Below the pieces are notes generated by a model. The model saw only the letters and a program-made list of their open reading frames with translations. It made no database searches and had not been told where the DNA came from. This document shows positions 10,351 through 19,590 of a DNA stretch of 64,000 nucleotides, one piece after another. Where the stretch lies: assembly GCA_000002445.1 (NCBI GenBank), contig CH464491.1, positions 1,120,001-1,184,000 of the forward strand. Direction: 5' to 3'. Position 1 is the stretch's first letter. Every line of letters starts with the position of its first letter. The position numbers were made by a program, and so were the translations under genes. This DNA comes from Trypanosoma brucei (lineage: Eukaryota).

Positions 10351-11778
10351 CGTAGTCATATATTTTCTTCTTTCACTGTATTCTTCTGTTTTTTTTTCTT
10401 CCCTTGTTGATTCTAAGTAGTACCACTTGGTATTTGCTCCCCCTTACAATCGACATTCCCCTTTGTCGTTCGTTCCGTCCAACTGTCCCTCGGTGTTACC
10501 TTCGCTATTAGTTCCTTACTTTTCCCGCCTCCTTTAATATGAGTTGGCGCACTTTCAATTAACTGCACATTTGAAACCCATGCATTTGGAGCTGGTGAGT
10601 TGTGGGTGAGTTTGTGAAGAAGAAAGTGAGAGGGAAAGAGTGGTGTGGCGAGGCCTCATTTTTATACTAACTCATTTTTCTTGTCTTTCTCTTACCTTTA
10701 TTTCAGTTTTTAGCGATTGCTTCCAAGCACATATATATAATTATTTGTTTATTTATAATTGTGTGTGTGTGTGCTCCCGCATCTCTCTACTGAGGCGTAA
10801 AGCCATGGAGAAGTTGGGAAGGAAAAATATATTTGATTGTGTGTATGTGCGTGGGTCCGGTAAGTGAAATAAATGGATGGAAGCGGCATATCATCTGTCG
10901 ACATGTCAGTATCAAAAAAAAAAAGAGAGAGAGGAAAGCAACGGCAACCGACAGATAACGGTGAAAGTAACGAAAATATGTTTCGGGAGGAGGTAAAATA
11001 AGAAGATATAAAGATACAGATGATTAGATTAGTTAGGTAAAGGTTGAACAAAAAGAGAAAACTACGGCAATAAAAAACAAATGAGAATGAGGAGAAAGTC
11101 GGTAGTCCGTGAGTGTGTTTTGAATTCCATAGTAAGAAAGGAGGGAGAGCGGCAATCACAATCACTGTTTCCAAATAGTTTTTTTGTTGCGTTGTTGCTT
11201 TTTGTTTTTTTAAAAAAGAGAAAGCCGGTAGTTGTAATAAACAGAAAAAGAGTATGTGTTTGTAGTCTTGTTTTTTTTTGCTTTTTTACTTGCCTGTCCG
11301 CGGTGGAAAAATGGAAATGGGGCTACTTTTTTTTGTGTTTTTTTCTCTTGCCCATATCTCTGAAGTCCAGCGGGTTTGTGTTTGGTTCCGTTGAGGCTTG
11401 TAGTTTTCTTTGTTTTTTTTTTGTAATGGCTTTCTAATATATAAATATAAAAATATATATAGATAATTTTTTGTTTCTTGTTATTTCTTATTTGTGACGG
11501 TACTTTACTCTGTCATGCACCGCAGAGGAATGTTCTTTAGCCATGAGTTTTTTTCTTGTTTATTTGCGGTCATGCGACAGGAAGAACGAGAAGTTGAGGC
11601 TCGAAGAAAAGCTGATGAAAAAGCATGTGAGAAGTTTGCGCGTGCTCTTTTTGTGTGCATTTTTGCTTCCACCTCGGTTGCCGAAATAAGTGAGGGGCCG
11701 AAACTTCTTTTTTTTTTTTTGTCGCATGTACATGCGGAGAAAAGTTCAATGTAGATGAAATACATGGTGGCGCGCGTT

Positions 11779-11855
11779 CCCTTTTCTCTTTCGTTTTTGT
11801 TTAAATTTGTTCACCTTTTCCTTTTTTTTCCCCCTTCTCTATGCTGCGTTTCCCA
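11779..11855 (+). promoter_or_regulatory. Polypyrimidine tract upstream of the gene at 12274
   Basis: The tract reads cccttttctctttcgtttttgtttaaatttgttcaccttttccttttttttcccccttctc. Confidence 0.35.
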
Positions 11856-12135
11856 AAGTTGTATGACAAGGGAATTCTCTCCCTTGCTCGAACCCGTATT
11901 CATCTTTCAATTCCTTTCCGACAACGCAGCCGTTGCGCGAAGTTCGGTTACCACGCGAATAAGCTGTAACAAGTAGGAAAGAGGGGGGAAACCTTTCACT
12001 TTATATTTTTGGAGTCGAGAAAAGTATAAAGTGAGACACAGAGTGCTACTTGTATTGGCACTGCGCCAAATCCGTTGGATTCTTACTTTTCTGCTTCACA
12101 GCTTACTAGCATGTTAGTTAGTTTGTTTTTTTTTT

Positions 12136-13461
12136 TTGCGTTTCGCTTCACATTTCTTTGAAAAGAAGCAAGAGAGGAAAGGGCCAACCAGCACCAGTCT
12201 TTGTACGCTTACGGTAGCGGAGAAAAGAACAAAGCTTGTTGTGTGTGGTGTGTGGTGTGTGGTTAGTTTCCTCATGGCGGGAACTTCTTTACCGTCGGCA
12301 ACTACCAGCCGTCGTTATGCCGCAAAAGTGGAGAAAGGTGAAAATGCTTGGCGTCGTGAGTGGTCCGGATTTATGTCAGGTGTGAGTCTGAAGGACCTGC
12401 GGAAGGGAGGTGGCGTTTCACTTCCCAAATCAGGTGACTTGGGAGCCATGGCCTCTGCTGGGAGTGGTGAAGGCTGCACATATTCGTACCTCTTTTCCTC
12501 AGCGGCAGATAAGAAAGCAGAGCGATTGGCTAAAAAGCAGGAGGAGGCGGAAAAGCGTAAGATGCGTGCGCAGCAGAGCCAGTGTGCGAATGACCCACTC
12601 GCCCATTTGAGCAAACACGAACGCACCTTGGAAGAGGCTAAACAGCGTGGTCTGAAGGTAGATGGCATGACACGAAAGGAGATTCGACAGTTTCTGAATT
12701 TAACCATATCGAAAGAGCAACAGGAAGCCGAAAAGAGGTTACAGGAAGAGGAGTTCAAACCTCACAAGTTGATGGATGAGAAACTGCAGTGGTATCAGCA
12801 GGGACCACACCCCATTGATATCATTGCAGAAAAGTTAGTTATGCGGAAGGCCATAAAAAAAGGTAAACAACTCGGGTTACGGTACAACTACTTGCTGCCT
12901 CACCCGTCCTGGGTAGCGCGGCGGGAGCGGCGGCGGCGGGAAACACCGTTGATTGGTTTAGGAAAGCGGTTCATATTTGACGATGAGGGAAACATGCTGG
13001 ACAATTTCGGCACATGCCACGAGGCACCAGAGGCGTTCCCGCAAACTGGAGAAGAGAATGAAACCACTCAGCATGGGGAAAGCGGTTCCCACGACCAAAA
13101 GAGTTTGTTAGCCTCCACCCAACAGAGGCAACGAGCTTCTGAACCTACCACGTTGTGTACGTCTACATTGGACGCGGTGGCAGTTCTTGTGGATCCACGG
13201 GAAGTTAGCCGTTCGTTTGTGAGGGCCGTGGTGCGGAATCGCGATGCGGCTATTGCGATTAAAAACGCAAATTTAACAACATCTTACATCAATAGCTCGC
13301 TCATAAAGGGCCCAAGCATTGGTGTAGAGGATGCCGAGAAGGAAGAAGGAGAGAAAAGGGGAGCAGCAAATAGTTTACTGAAGCGTCCAAGACTCAACTC
13401 GACGGATGGGCGTAAGGTTGTTCCTCACAAACGATCGAAGGCAGCATCGTTTGAGCCGTAA
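12136..13461 (+). CDS. Hypothetical basic protein (K/R/E-rich)
   Basis: 441-codon ORF on the same strand as its neighbours. The likely start is the ATG at 12274 (MAGTSLP). A polyY tract at 11779-11855 lies upstream. Confidence 0.5.
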   Translation: MRFASHFFEKKQERKGPTSTSLCTLTVAEKRTKLVVCGVWCVVSFLMAGTSLPSATTSRRYAAKVEKGENAWRREWSGFMSGVSLKDLRKGGGVSLPKSGDLGAMASAGSGEGCTYSYLFSSAADKKAERLAKKQEEAEKRKMRAQQSQCANDPLAHLSKHERTLEEAKQRGLKVDGMTRKEIRQFLNLTISKEQQEAEKRLQEEEFKPHKLMDEKLQWYQQGPHPIDIIAEKLVMRKAIKKGKQLGLRYNYLLPHPSWVARRERRRRETPLIGLGKRFIFDDEGNMLDNFGTCHEAPEAFPQTGEENETTQHGESGSHDQKSLLASTQQRQRASEPTTLCTSTLDAVAVLVDPREVSRSFVRAVVRNRDAAIAIKNANLTTSYINSSLIKGPSIGVEDAEKEEGEKRGAANSLLKRPRLNSTDGRKVVPHKRSKAASFEP

Positions 13462-13956
13462 GTGAAGGGGGTTGTGGGGATTGTAAGGGCGAAGAACACT
13501 GCTTGACAACAGAAATGAGCGGGCGGTTATAGGAACTCCGTGAAGCACTCTGCTGACGATTTTATCTGTACGGTGTACCTATACGACCAATGCTATCGAG
13601 CAGAGTAATGGTGGTATTAACGGTTTTCGTCAGTGACACACGCTCCAGTGTGTGCGAAAGCTTGTCACTTTCTTTCTGCACATGCTGTGCAGGCTTTGCC
13701 TTTTTGAAGCTTAATTTGTGTATGTTCAGCTGATCTTCGCTACTTTTTTTAACCTTACACTCCTTTCGTTTCCTTCCTCCGACGCAATGGCGGAACGTAC
13801 ACGCATGCATTGTAATGAGTACCGGAAAAACTCAAAGGCGCTTGCTATTGGAAACAAGGTCGAAGAAGAGGACAGGTGCCACCCCAGTGACGCGCGTCAG
13901 TTTATTGAGTTTATCAAAGGAAGGAGGAATTTTTAAAAAAAAAAAGAAGGGAAGAG

Positions 13957-14922
13957 ATGCCGCTCCCCACTGACCCGCGGGAGTGGGTGAAGAAAGTTAG
14001 GGCCAAAACACCGGTTCTGTTGGAAGTGGGGAAACCGGCCCCCAAGGCAGTATTAAGTTTTGGTGGTTGCGGTTTCCTTGTGACGTACTCGTTAGGAGTG
14101 GCCTTGTACCTCCAGCAGGAGAAGGCGGACTTATTAGCGCAGTCGTTTTTGCTAGGGGCGGGGGCGGGCGTCATTCCGGCTGTGGCGCTTGCTTGCGGTG
14201 CACGCGCCGTAAACATTGAGAAGGTGCGCGACGCCATCTTAGACAACCGCTTTATGGTAACAGATGAAGAAAGGCGGATTGAGGTACTGACCAAGTTCAT
14301 CAACCTGCTCCTTCCTCGCAATGCGGTGGAACTTGTTAGCGGGCGTCTAGCTCTTACCATTGGCTTTTCTAATCGTGACCCTGGTTACATGAAGCAGACG
14401 AAGGAGCAGATACACTTTGGGCATCATGTTGCCCAGTGGACAGATGTGAGTGACCTCGCGCAGTGTATTTTAGCCTCTATGGCGCCTAACACTGCTAAGC
14501 CTATGATATTTCGTGATGCGGATAATGTCATGCGAGGGACGATGATGTCCCTTAGCAGTGAACTCGACCAATACTGTAGACATATTTATATTCACGGATA
14601 CTGTGGTTACCCTTACAATAAACACCAAACGCGTCATAACATCTACTTTGGAAGACACGGCTTTCTCGCAAACACGTACTTTCCCTTTTGGAAGCAGGCG
14701 TTGCTGGCGTTCGCGCCGACTTTTGGTGGAGCAGCACGTCGTGAGGAACTGCTGGAGGCATACGACGCGGGATATAACGACGCAAGGCGCTATGAGCGTT
14801 GGGAGGAGGATCCTTACCATTTTTCGAAGGCAGATCGTTCACCAAGCGATGACTTTAGCTTCCGGCAGCTGCGGGCCAACCTGTTTGGTGGGAAGAAGGC
14901 AGCGGAAAGATTTGAACTGTAG
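13957..14922 (+). CDS. Patatin-like phospholipase (PNPLA) domain protein, with Gly in place of the nucleophile Ser (GAGAG)
   Basis: The N-terminus, LSFGGCGFLVTYSLGVALYL, aligns with the PNPLA oxyanion motif LSFAGCGFLGVY. The position corresponding to GASAG (GXSXG) reads LLGAGAGVIPAVALACG. A GRLALTIGF segment aligns with the PNPLA RLGISLTR block. Confidence 0.6.
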   Translation: MPLPTDPREWVKKVRAKTPVLLEVGKPAPKAVLSFGGCGFLVTYSLGVALYLQQEKADLLAQSFLLGAGAGVIPAVALACGARAVNIEKVRDAILDNRFMVTDEERRIEVLTKFINLLLPRNAVELVSGRLALTIGFSNRDPGYMKQTKEQIHFGHHVAQWTDVSDLAQCILASMAPNTAKPMIFRDADNVMRGTMMSLSSELDQYCRHIYIHGYCGYPYNKHQTRHNIYFGRHGFLANTYFPFWKQALLAFAPTFGGAARREELLEAYDAGYNDARRYERWEEDPYHFSKADRSPSDDFSFRQLRANLFGGKKAAERFEL

Positions 14923-15437
14923 GGTTAATAATGCAGAAATAAGCAAATAAAATAAGCGAGCGGCGCGTTGATCGCCTCGAAAACTTGGCGGTGCACTTTA
15001 TTGCGATTTGGTGCGTTGGATTACTTAATTCCCTGGTGGGAGGAAAAGAGCTGTGGAGGTAAATGTCAATCCAGGTCCAAGGATGAGGTTTACTCTTCTA
15101 CTGGCGGTCCCGTGACCGCAATGGCGGGTAGTTACCGTTGCTGGTACTGATTCCGTTTTTAGCGCGAAATCTTAATCTGTGGTAGCACTGTGATATCAGC
15201 ACTTTCCCTTTACGCTCGTGTCTCGTCGATCTGGACATCATTTCTTCACAAATACTTTGTACAATTGAATTCTTTTCCCTTTTCTCTGTGGCGTCTCATT
15301 CCTTGTCCGGCCGTGGTGGGAGTATACCGGACACGGCATTGACGACACCTCCACGAATTGAGGGACAATTTAGACGGTGAAAGCGGCGGAACTGTGAGAG
15401 GAGAAAATCATCTATCAACTACGAAACACAATCGTGG

Positions 15438-16388
15438 GTGAGACGCGAGGAACACAAGGAGCGGGTGGGGATGTTAAAGCATCGAGACAACATATCTTAT
15501 CCACCCTTCACTTTGGATCCAAATGGTGTTGGCGTGACAACATTGGGCCCAGGCGGGGCTGGGAAGGGAGGTCAACAGATCCAATCATTCGATGATGTTG
15601 CCCCCGATGGAGCGCCGGTGGCTGCGAAAAGGAAAAGAAACCGTGATATTCGTGGTATTGAACGGTTTAAACAAGTTGTGTACAGCGAGAAGGGTCTGTC
15701 ACGCTTCCACGCGATGATTTTACGTAACCCCATACTCATGTATCCACCGGAAGGAATAGACGACGCCAGAAAAATCGTGTTGGCGGAGCGTAGAGGCAGA
15801 GGCAGCGAGAAGCAACGGGAGTCAGGGTCAGTACCTCGGAATGGTGATGACGATGTGCTTGCCGCACTTGGCGAGATCACCCCATCAGGAGATGCACTGG
15901 CAGGCTCTACAATTCATCTGGAGGATGGGCTTCCACTGAGCACTGAAGGGCATAGAGAGGGCAATGGGACTAACACAGCAGAGCGTTGTCCCACCCTCAC
16001 CAATGGCATAGACGTTCAAAGCACAGAAGAAATTCAAAGATCAAATAATGAAGCACTGGCGAATTACCACCACCAACAACTAGATACGCTCGTCGGCCTC
16101 TACTATGAGTTCAATCACTTAACATTTTCGAAGCTGCCTATGAAAGACACACTTCAGATGCTGCGGCGCTGTGGACGCAGCTGCATGCCGCATGTTATGG
16201 AATTTGAGGAGAAGCAGCGTGCTTATAGGAGCTCCAAATTGGAGCAACTGCGAACTTTGGAAGCTGAGGAAAAGAGACTCAACCGTGTAACCCTAGAGTT
16301 GCAGGAGCAGAGGTTGCAGATGGAGTTACAAGAGGTTGAAGAGGAACAAACGATAATAAATGCGGTAGAGAGCAGTGATTCTTTTTAA
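15438..16388 (+). CDS. Hypothetical protein with C-terminal coiled-coil
   Basis: 316-codon ORF. An alternative start lies at 15471 (MLKHRDN). The C-terminus reads EKQRAYRSSKLEQLRTLEAEEKRLNRVTLELQEQRLQMELQEVEEE. Confidence 0.5.
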   Translation: MRREEHKERVGMLKHRDNISYPPFTLDPNGVGVTTLGPGGAGKGGQQIQSFDDVAPDGAPVAAKRKRNRDIRGIERFKQVVYSEKGLSRFHAMILRNPILMYPPEGIDDARKIVLAERRGRGSEKQRESGSVPRNGDDDVLAALGEITPSGDALAGSTIHLEDGLPLSTEGHREGNGTNTAERCPTLTNGIDVQSTEEIQRSNNEALANYHHQQLDTLVGLYYEFNHLTFSKLPMKDTLQMLRRCGRSCMPHVMEFEEKQRAYRSSKLEQLRTLEAEEKRLNRVTLELQEQRLQMELQEVEEEQTIINAVESSDSF

Positions 16389-16444
16389 CCCCAGCTGTTC
16401 ATGTGCCGTGGTAGCCGTATCGTTTTTTTCCCCCGTTCTGCAAA

Positions 16445-16463
16445 TATATATATATATATATAT
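16445..16463. repeat. (TA)n microsatellite
   Basis: The run reads atatatatatatatatata. Confidence 0.85.
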
Positions 16464-16715
16464 GCATCGCAGTTATGTTTGTGTATTGCTGCTCGGTCAC
16501 TATGACACCCTTAGATGGGTGGTAGAGATGTTTCCCATGGTGCCTCCTCATCTCCTTTAGGAGTCTTCATTGTTGAGTGGTTGAACACAACCTATTACTA
16601 ATGCTATCTGTTCTTGAGGATGAAAAACTGTGAAGGTGCCATTGCAGTACCTGAGAGGCCCTTAAATTCTTGTTGCCTTCAATGACATAGCGCACATCAC
16701 AAATTTTTCTTTTAC

Positions 16716-18944
16716 TTGGAGAGGGGGCTCTGCCCTCGGAAGGGGAAAAAAGTTATGAATGATCGGCCACATTTTTATGAAGCACCAGACTTGATGGACG
16801 AGCACGGTGCACCCATAGTGTTTGATGATGTATATTCCGATTTATTATCTGTCGCAGTTGAAGAGAGTGCCAACGACGGATCGCGGCCCGTCTGTGGGCT
16901 AGAAGCCGTGAGACCCGTTGACAATGAGATTCACTCAGTTGCTGACGAAGGAACCGAAAGTGAGGGGAGGCACGCTCTCGACGTATTACTTTATGAGTAC
17001 GAGCACATAAGGAATGCAATGAAACGTTGTGTTCGTGCGAGTCACGAGGTGCTTCGAAACTTACAGCAAAAGCGTCATCGCATCGAACAGCAGGAACGCA
17101 CCGTGCGGCGGCGCACAGAGCTCGCATCGTCGTCAACATCTTTCCCCATATTCAAACTTAACGTGGGTGGAATGCGATTTCATGTACAACGAGAAACGTT
17201 TCTTCAGTTTGACGTGACCCTCTTTCACGTGTTGTGTAATGAACAATTCGCTGTCCAGAAGGATGAATGTGGATATGTTTTCTTCGACCGTGACCCATGG
17301 TTATTCCGTGAACTACTGTTCCTTTTACGAGAGCGGAAGCAATGCTTAGTGGAAAACGAAGTAGCCTCCCCGCTGGTACCGCCACAAGATCAACAGGGAG
17401 ATATGCAACATCACCGGCATCAGCGGCGGCCACAAGAACTGTATTCGGTAGGACAACGTAGATTGGCTGAATTGCCCCCCATTGAGCGCCAACGGCTGTT
17501 GGAAGAAGCGCGTTACTATGGTTTAAACGAACTCGTTGCGGAGCTTCTCACCAGGCAGTACGAGTGGCGGCACTGCGTATTTGGTCCTTTACCTTCCTTA
17601 GATTTAGCGCATGGATGCGACCAAGTCCAACCTCCTCTGCTCGCCAGTCCCCGTGAGTTTGAGTCGCAGCGATTAGAAGAAGGCGGACACACTCCGTTGC
17701 CGCCGCCACGATGCTGCTTTGCCTCTTCTGTCTTCCTGAATGGGAGTATTTACTTGTTCGGTGGCTTTGGCTCCGAAGGGGAAGTTATTGGGACTCTTTA
17801 TCGGTTTCAGCTGAAGCCTGGTAGTATGTGCGAGGCTGGAGCGGAGATTGAAGGAAATGATAGTGGGAGCTGTAGGGAACCGCATGGTGCCAATTCGGAC
17901 GCGAAAGGAAGACATACAAGAGCCAATGCGTGTGTTCCTGGACGCCCATTCATGTGGTATGACCTGGTTGAGCCGCATAGGGAAGGGAGGCGAGGTGTTC
18001 CACCACCACGTACCGGTCACGCTGCTGCTTCGTGGGGTAACTGCTTTGTGCTGGTGTTTTACGGTAACAACCTTTACCACCACTTGCGGGATGTTTGGAT
18101 GTACCACACTATTCAAAATGCGTGGTATGAGGTGAAAGTATGTGGGGCGGATGTTCCAGCCCGATCTGGGCATACCGTAACGGTTATGCAGGGTCGTTTT
18201 TATCTCTTCGGGGGGAAGGACCTCTTCCAGCGGGATGCCAGGTGTTTTGCGGATGTATACGAAGGGTTGTTTGACGCCGAAGGGATGGAGCTGACATGGA
18301 GATTGGCCTCTTCTTCGGGGGAAGTGCAACAGGCGGATCGGCTGCGGCAACCACTCGCCGCTTGTGATGAGAACTGTGGAGAGCCGTGCGATGCTCCCTC
18401 TGCGGCGTACCATAGTGCGGTTGAGCACAAGGGACGCTACATTATCGTGTATGGCGGTTTGCGTGATTCAGAGGGTATAACCAATGGGGAAAACCCGGGC
18501 GGCCTTCGTGGAAATATGGGTGTAGGGACTGCACCCGCTGCATATGACACAAACCTACGCTTGTACGTCTTTGATACACTTGGAGGCACATGGCAGCGTG
18601 TGCAGACACGTTGTGCCGAATCTAAGGATCAAATGGGTTCAGATATTCCTCTCACTGGTCACGTTGCCGTGCTCTGTCATGATCATATGTACGTAATGGG
18701 GTCGTATGATTGCACGCACCACCAGCGTTTGGAAGTGTTTCGGCTTTCGCTGGTGACCCTCTTGTGGTGCCGAGTGCCAACAAGCGTGGCAGTAGGTCAC
18801 ATTCCTCCTTGTAGCCGTGCCCTGCCAAGCATTGTGCTACTTCCCCCGACTGTCGAGGCACCACGTTCAGTGATAATGGTCTTTGGAGGTTATAACACTA
18901 ACACCTGTCAATACCTCAATGACTCTTACCTTATCTCATTGTGA
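16716..18944 (+). CDS. BTB/T1 (K-channel tetramerisation-like) plus Kelch beta-propeller protein
   Basis: FKLNVGGMRFHVQRETFLQFDVTLFHVL is a T1/BTB_2-like motif. There are multiple Kelch-like blades: SIYLFGGFG, GHAAASWGNCFVLVFYG, RSGHTVTVMQGRFYLFGGK, YHSAVEHKGRYIIVYGG, HMYVMGSYD and IMVFGGY. Confidence 0.6.
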   Translation: MERGLCPRKGKKVMNDRPHFYEAPDLMDEHGAPIVFDDVYSDLLSVAVEESANDGSRPVCGLEAVRPVDNEIHSVADEGTESEGRHALDVLLYEYEHIRNAMKRCVRASHEVLRNLQQKRHRIEQQERTVRRRTELASSSTSFPIFKLNVGGMRFHVQRETFLQFDVTLFHVLCNEQFAVQKDECGYVFFDRDPWLFRELLFLLRERKQCLVENEVASPLVPPQDQQGDMQHHRHQRRPQELYSVGQRRLAELPPIERQRLLEEARYYGLNELVAELLTRQYEWRHCVFGPLPSLDLAHGCDQVQPPLLASPREFESQRLEEGGHTPLPPPRCCFASSVFLNGSIYLFGGFGSEGEVIGTLYRFQLKPGSMCEAGAEIEGNDSGSCREPHGANSDAKGRHTRANACVPGRPFMWYDLVEPHREGRRGVPPPRTGHAAASWGNCFVLVFYGNNLYHHLRDVWMYHTIQNAWYEVKVCGADVPARSGHTVTVMQGRFYLFGGKDLFQRDARCFADVYEGLFDAEGMELTWRLASSSGEVQQADRLRQPLAACDENCGEPCDAPSAAYHSAVEHKGRYIIVYGGLRDSEGITNGENPGGLRGNMGVGTAPAAYDTNLRLYVFDTLGGTWQRVQTRCAESKDQMGSDIPLTGHVAVLCHDHMYVMGSYDCTHHQRLEVFRLSLVTLLWCRVPTSVAVGHIPPCSRALPSIVLLPPTVEAPRSVIMVFGGYNTNTCQYLNDSYLISL

Positions 18945-19590
18945 TGTGATTGCCAACAACTTACCGTGGGTGGAGGCTGTAGTAGAGTGCTGATTTTGAC
19001 ATTCATTCTCATTTGTGGCATCTTGTTCATCGGTGGTGCTGCTATCATTCGAAAGGTTTGTTGTCCGTGCGTCATGTGTGAGGACCGGAGGCTGTTGTGG
19101 CGATTACTCTGCGATGGGAAAATCACAAAAGTGGAAGGGGATATTTCTTGATTTGTATCTCTCTTCATTTCCTACTGGCATGGATTTGTTCTTGCACTTG
19201 AGGGGGAGGGGGTGTTGGTCCTCTGCAGCCGTATTTCTTCCTTTTATTTTCTTCCTTTTGATGACCAAAACTGCGTCGGCCGTGCCCGACGTTACGCTTC
19301 CGCCCCTCCTTTCCTTTTCTATGTTTGTGAGGTGGCTATTTCCCCCCCCCTCCGTTGCGTAGCGCTTGTTAACCTCATTACCTTTTGCTTGGCGTGACGC
19401 CAACTAATCGTTCCACCTAATTTTTTTGTTATTGCGGAACTTGTTTTACTCTCCGCTCATTTCTTGCGGTATATTGTTATTTTGTTGGGGGCGTTGTTGC
19501 CCATTTATCGTCGTCTTTTATTTCCTTTCGTCGTTTACGTTATCCTCAGGAGCACCGAGTTTGTACCTTTGTACCGCTTAGATTTTAGAG

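Noticed and set aside
17673-18428. 251-aa minus-strand ORF (and similar antisense ORFs at 20739-21368, 53383-54267 and 60185-60739)
   Set aside because: Each lies entirely inside a longer, motif-bearing plus-strand gene and has low-complexity translation. These are shadow ORFs of GC-rich coding sequence.
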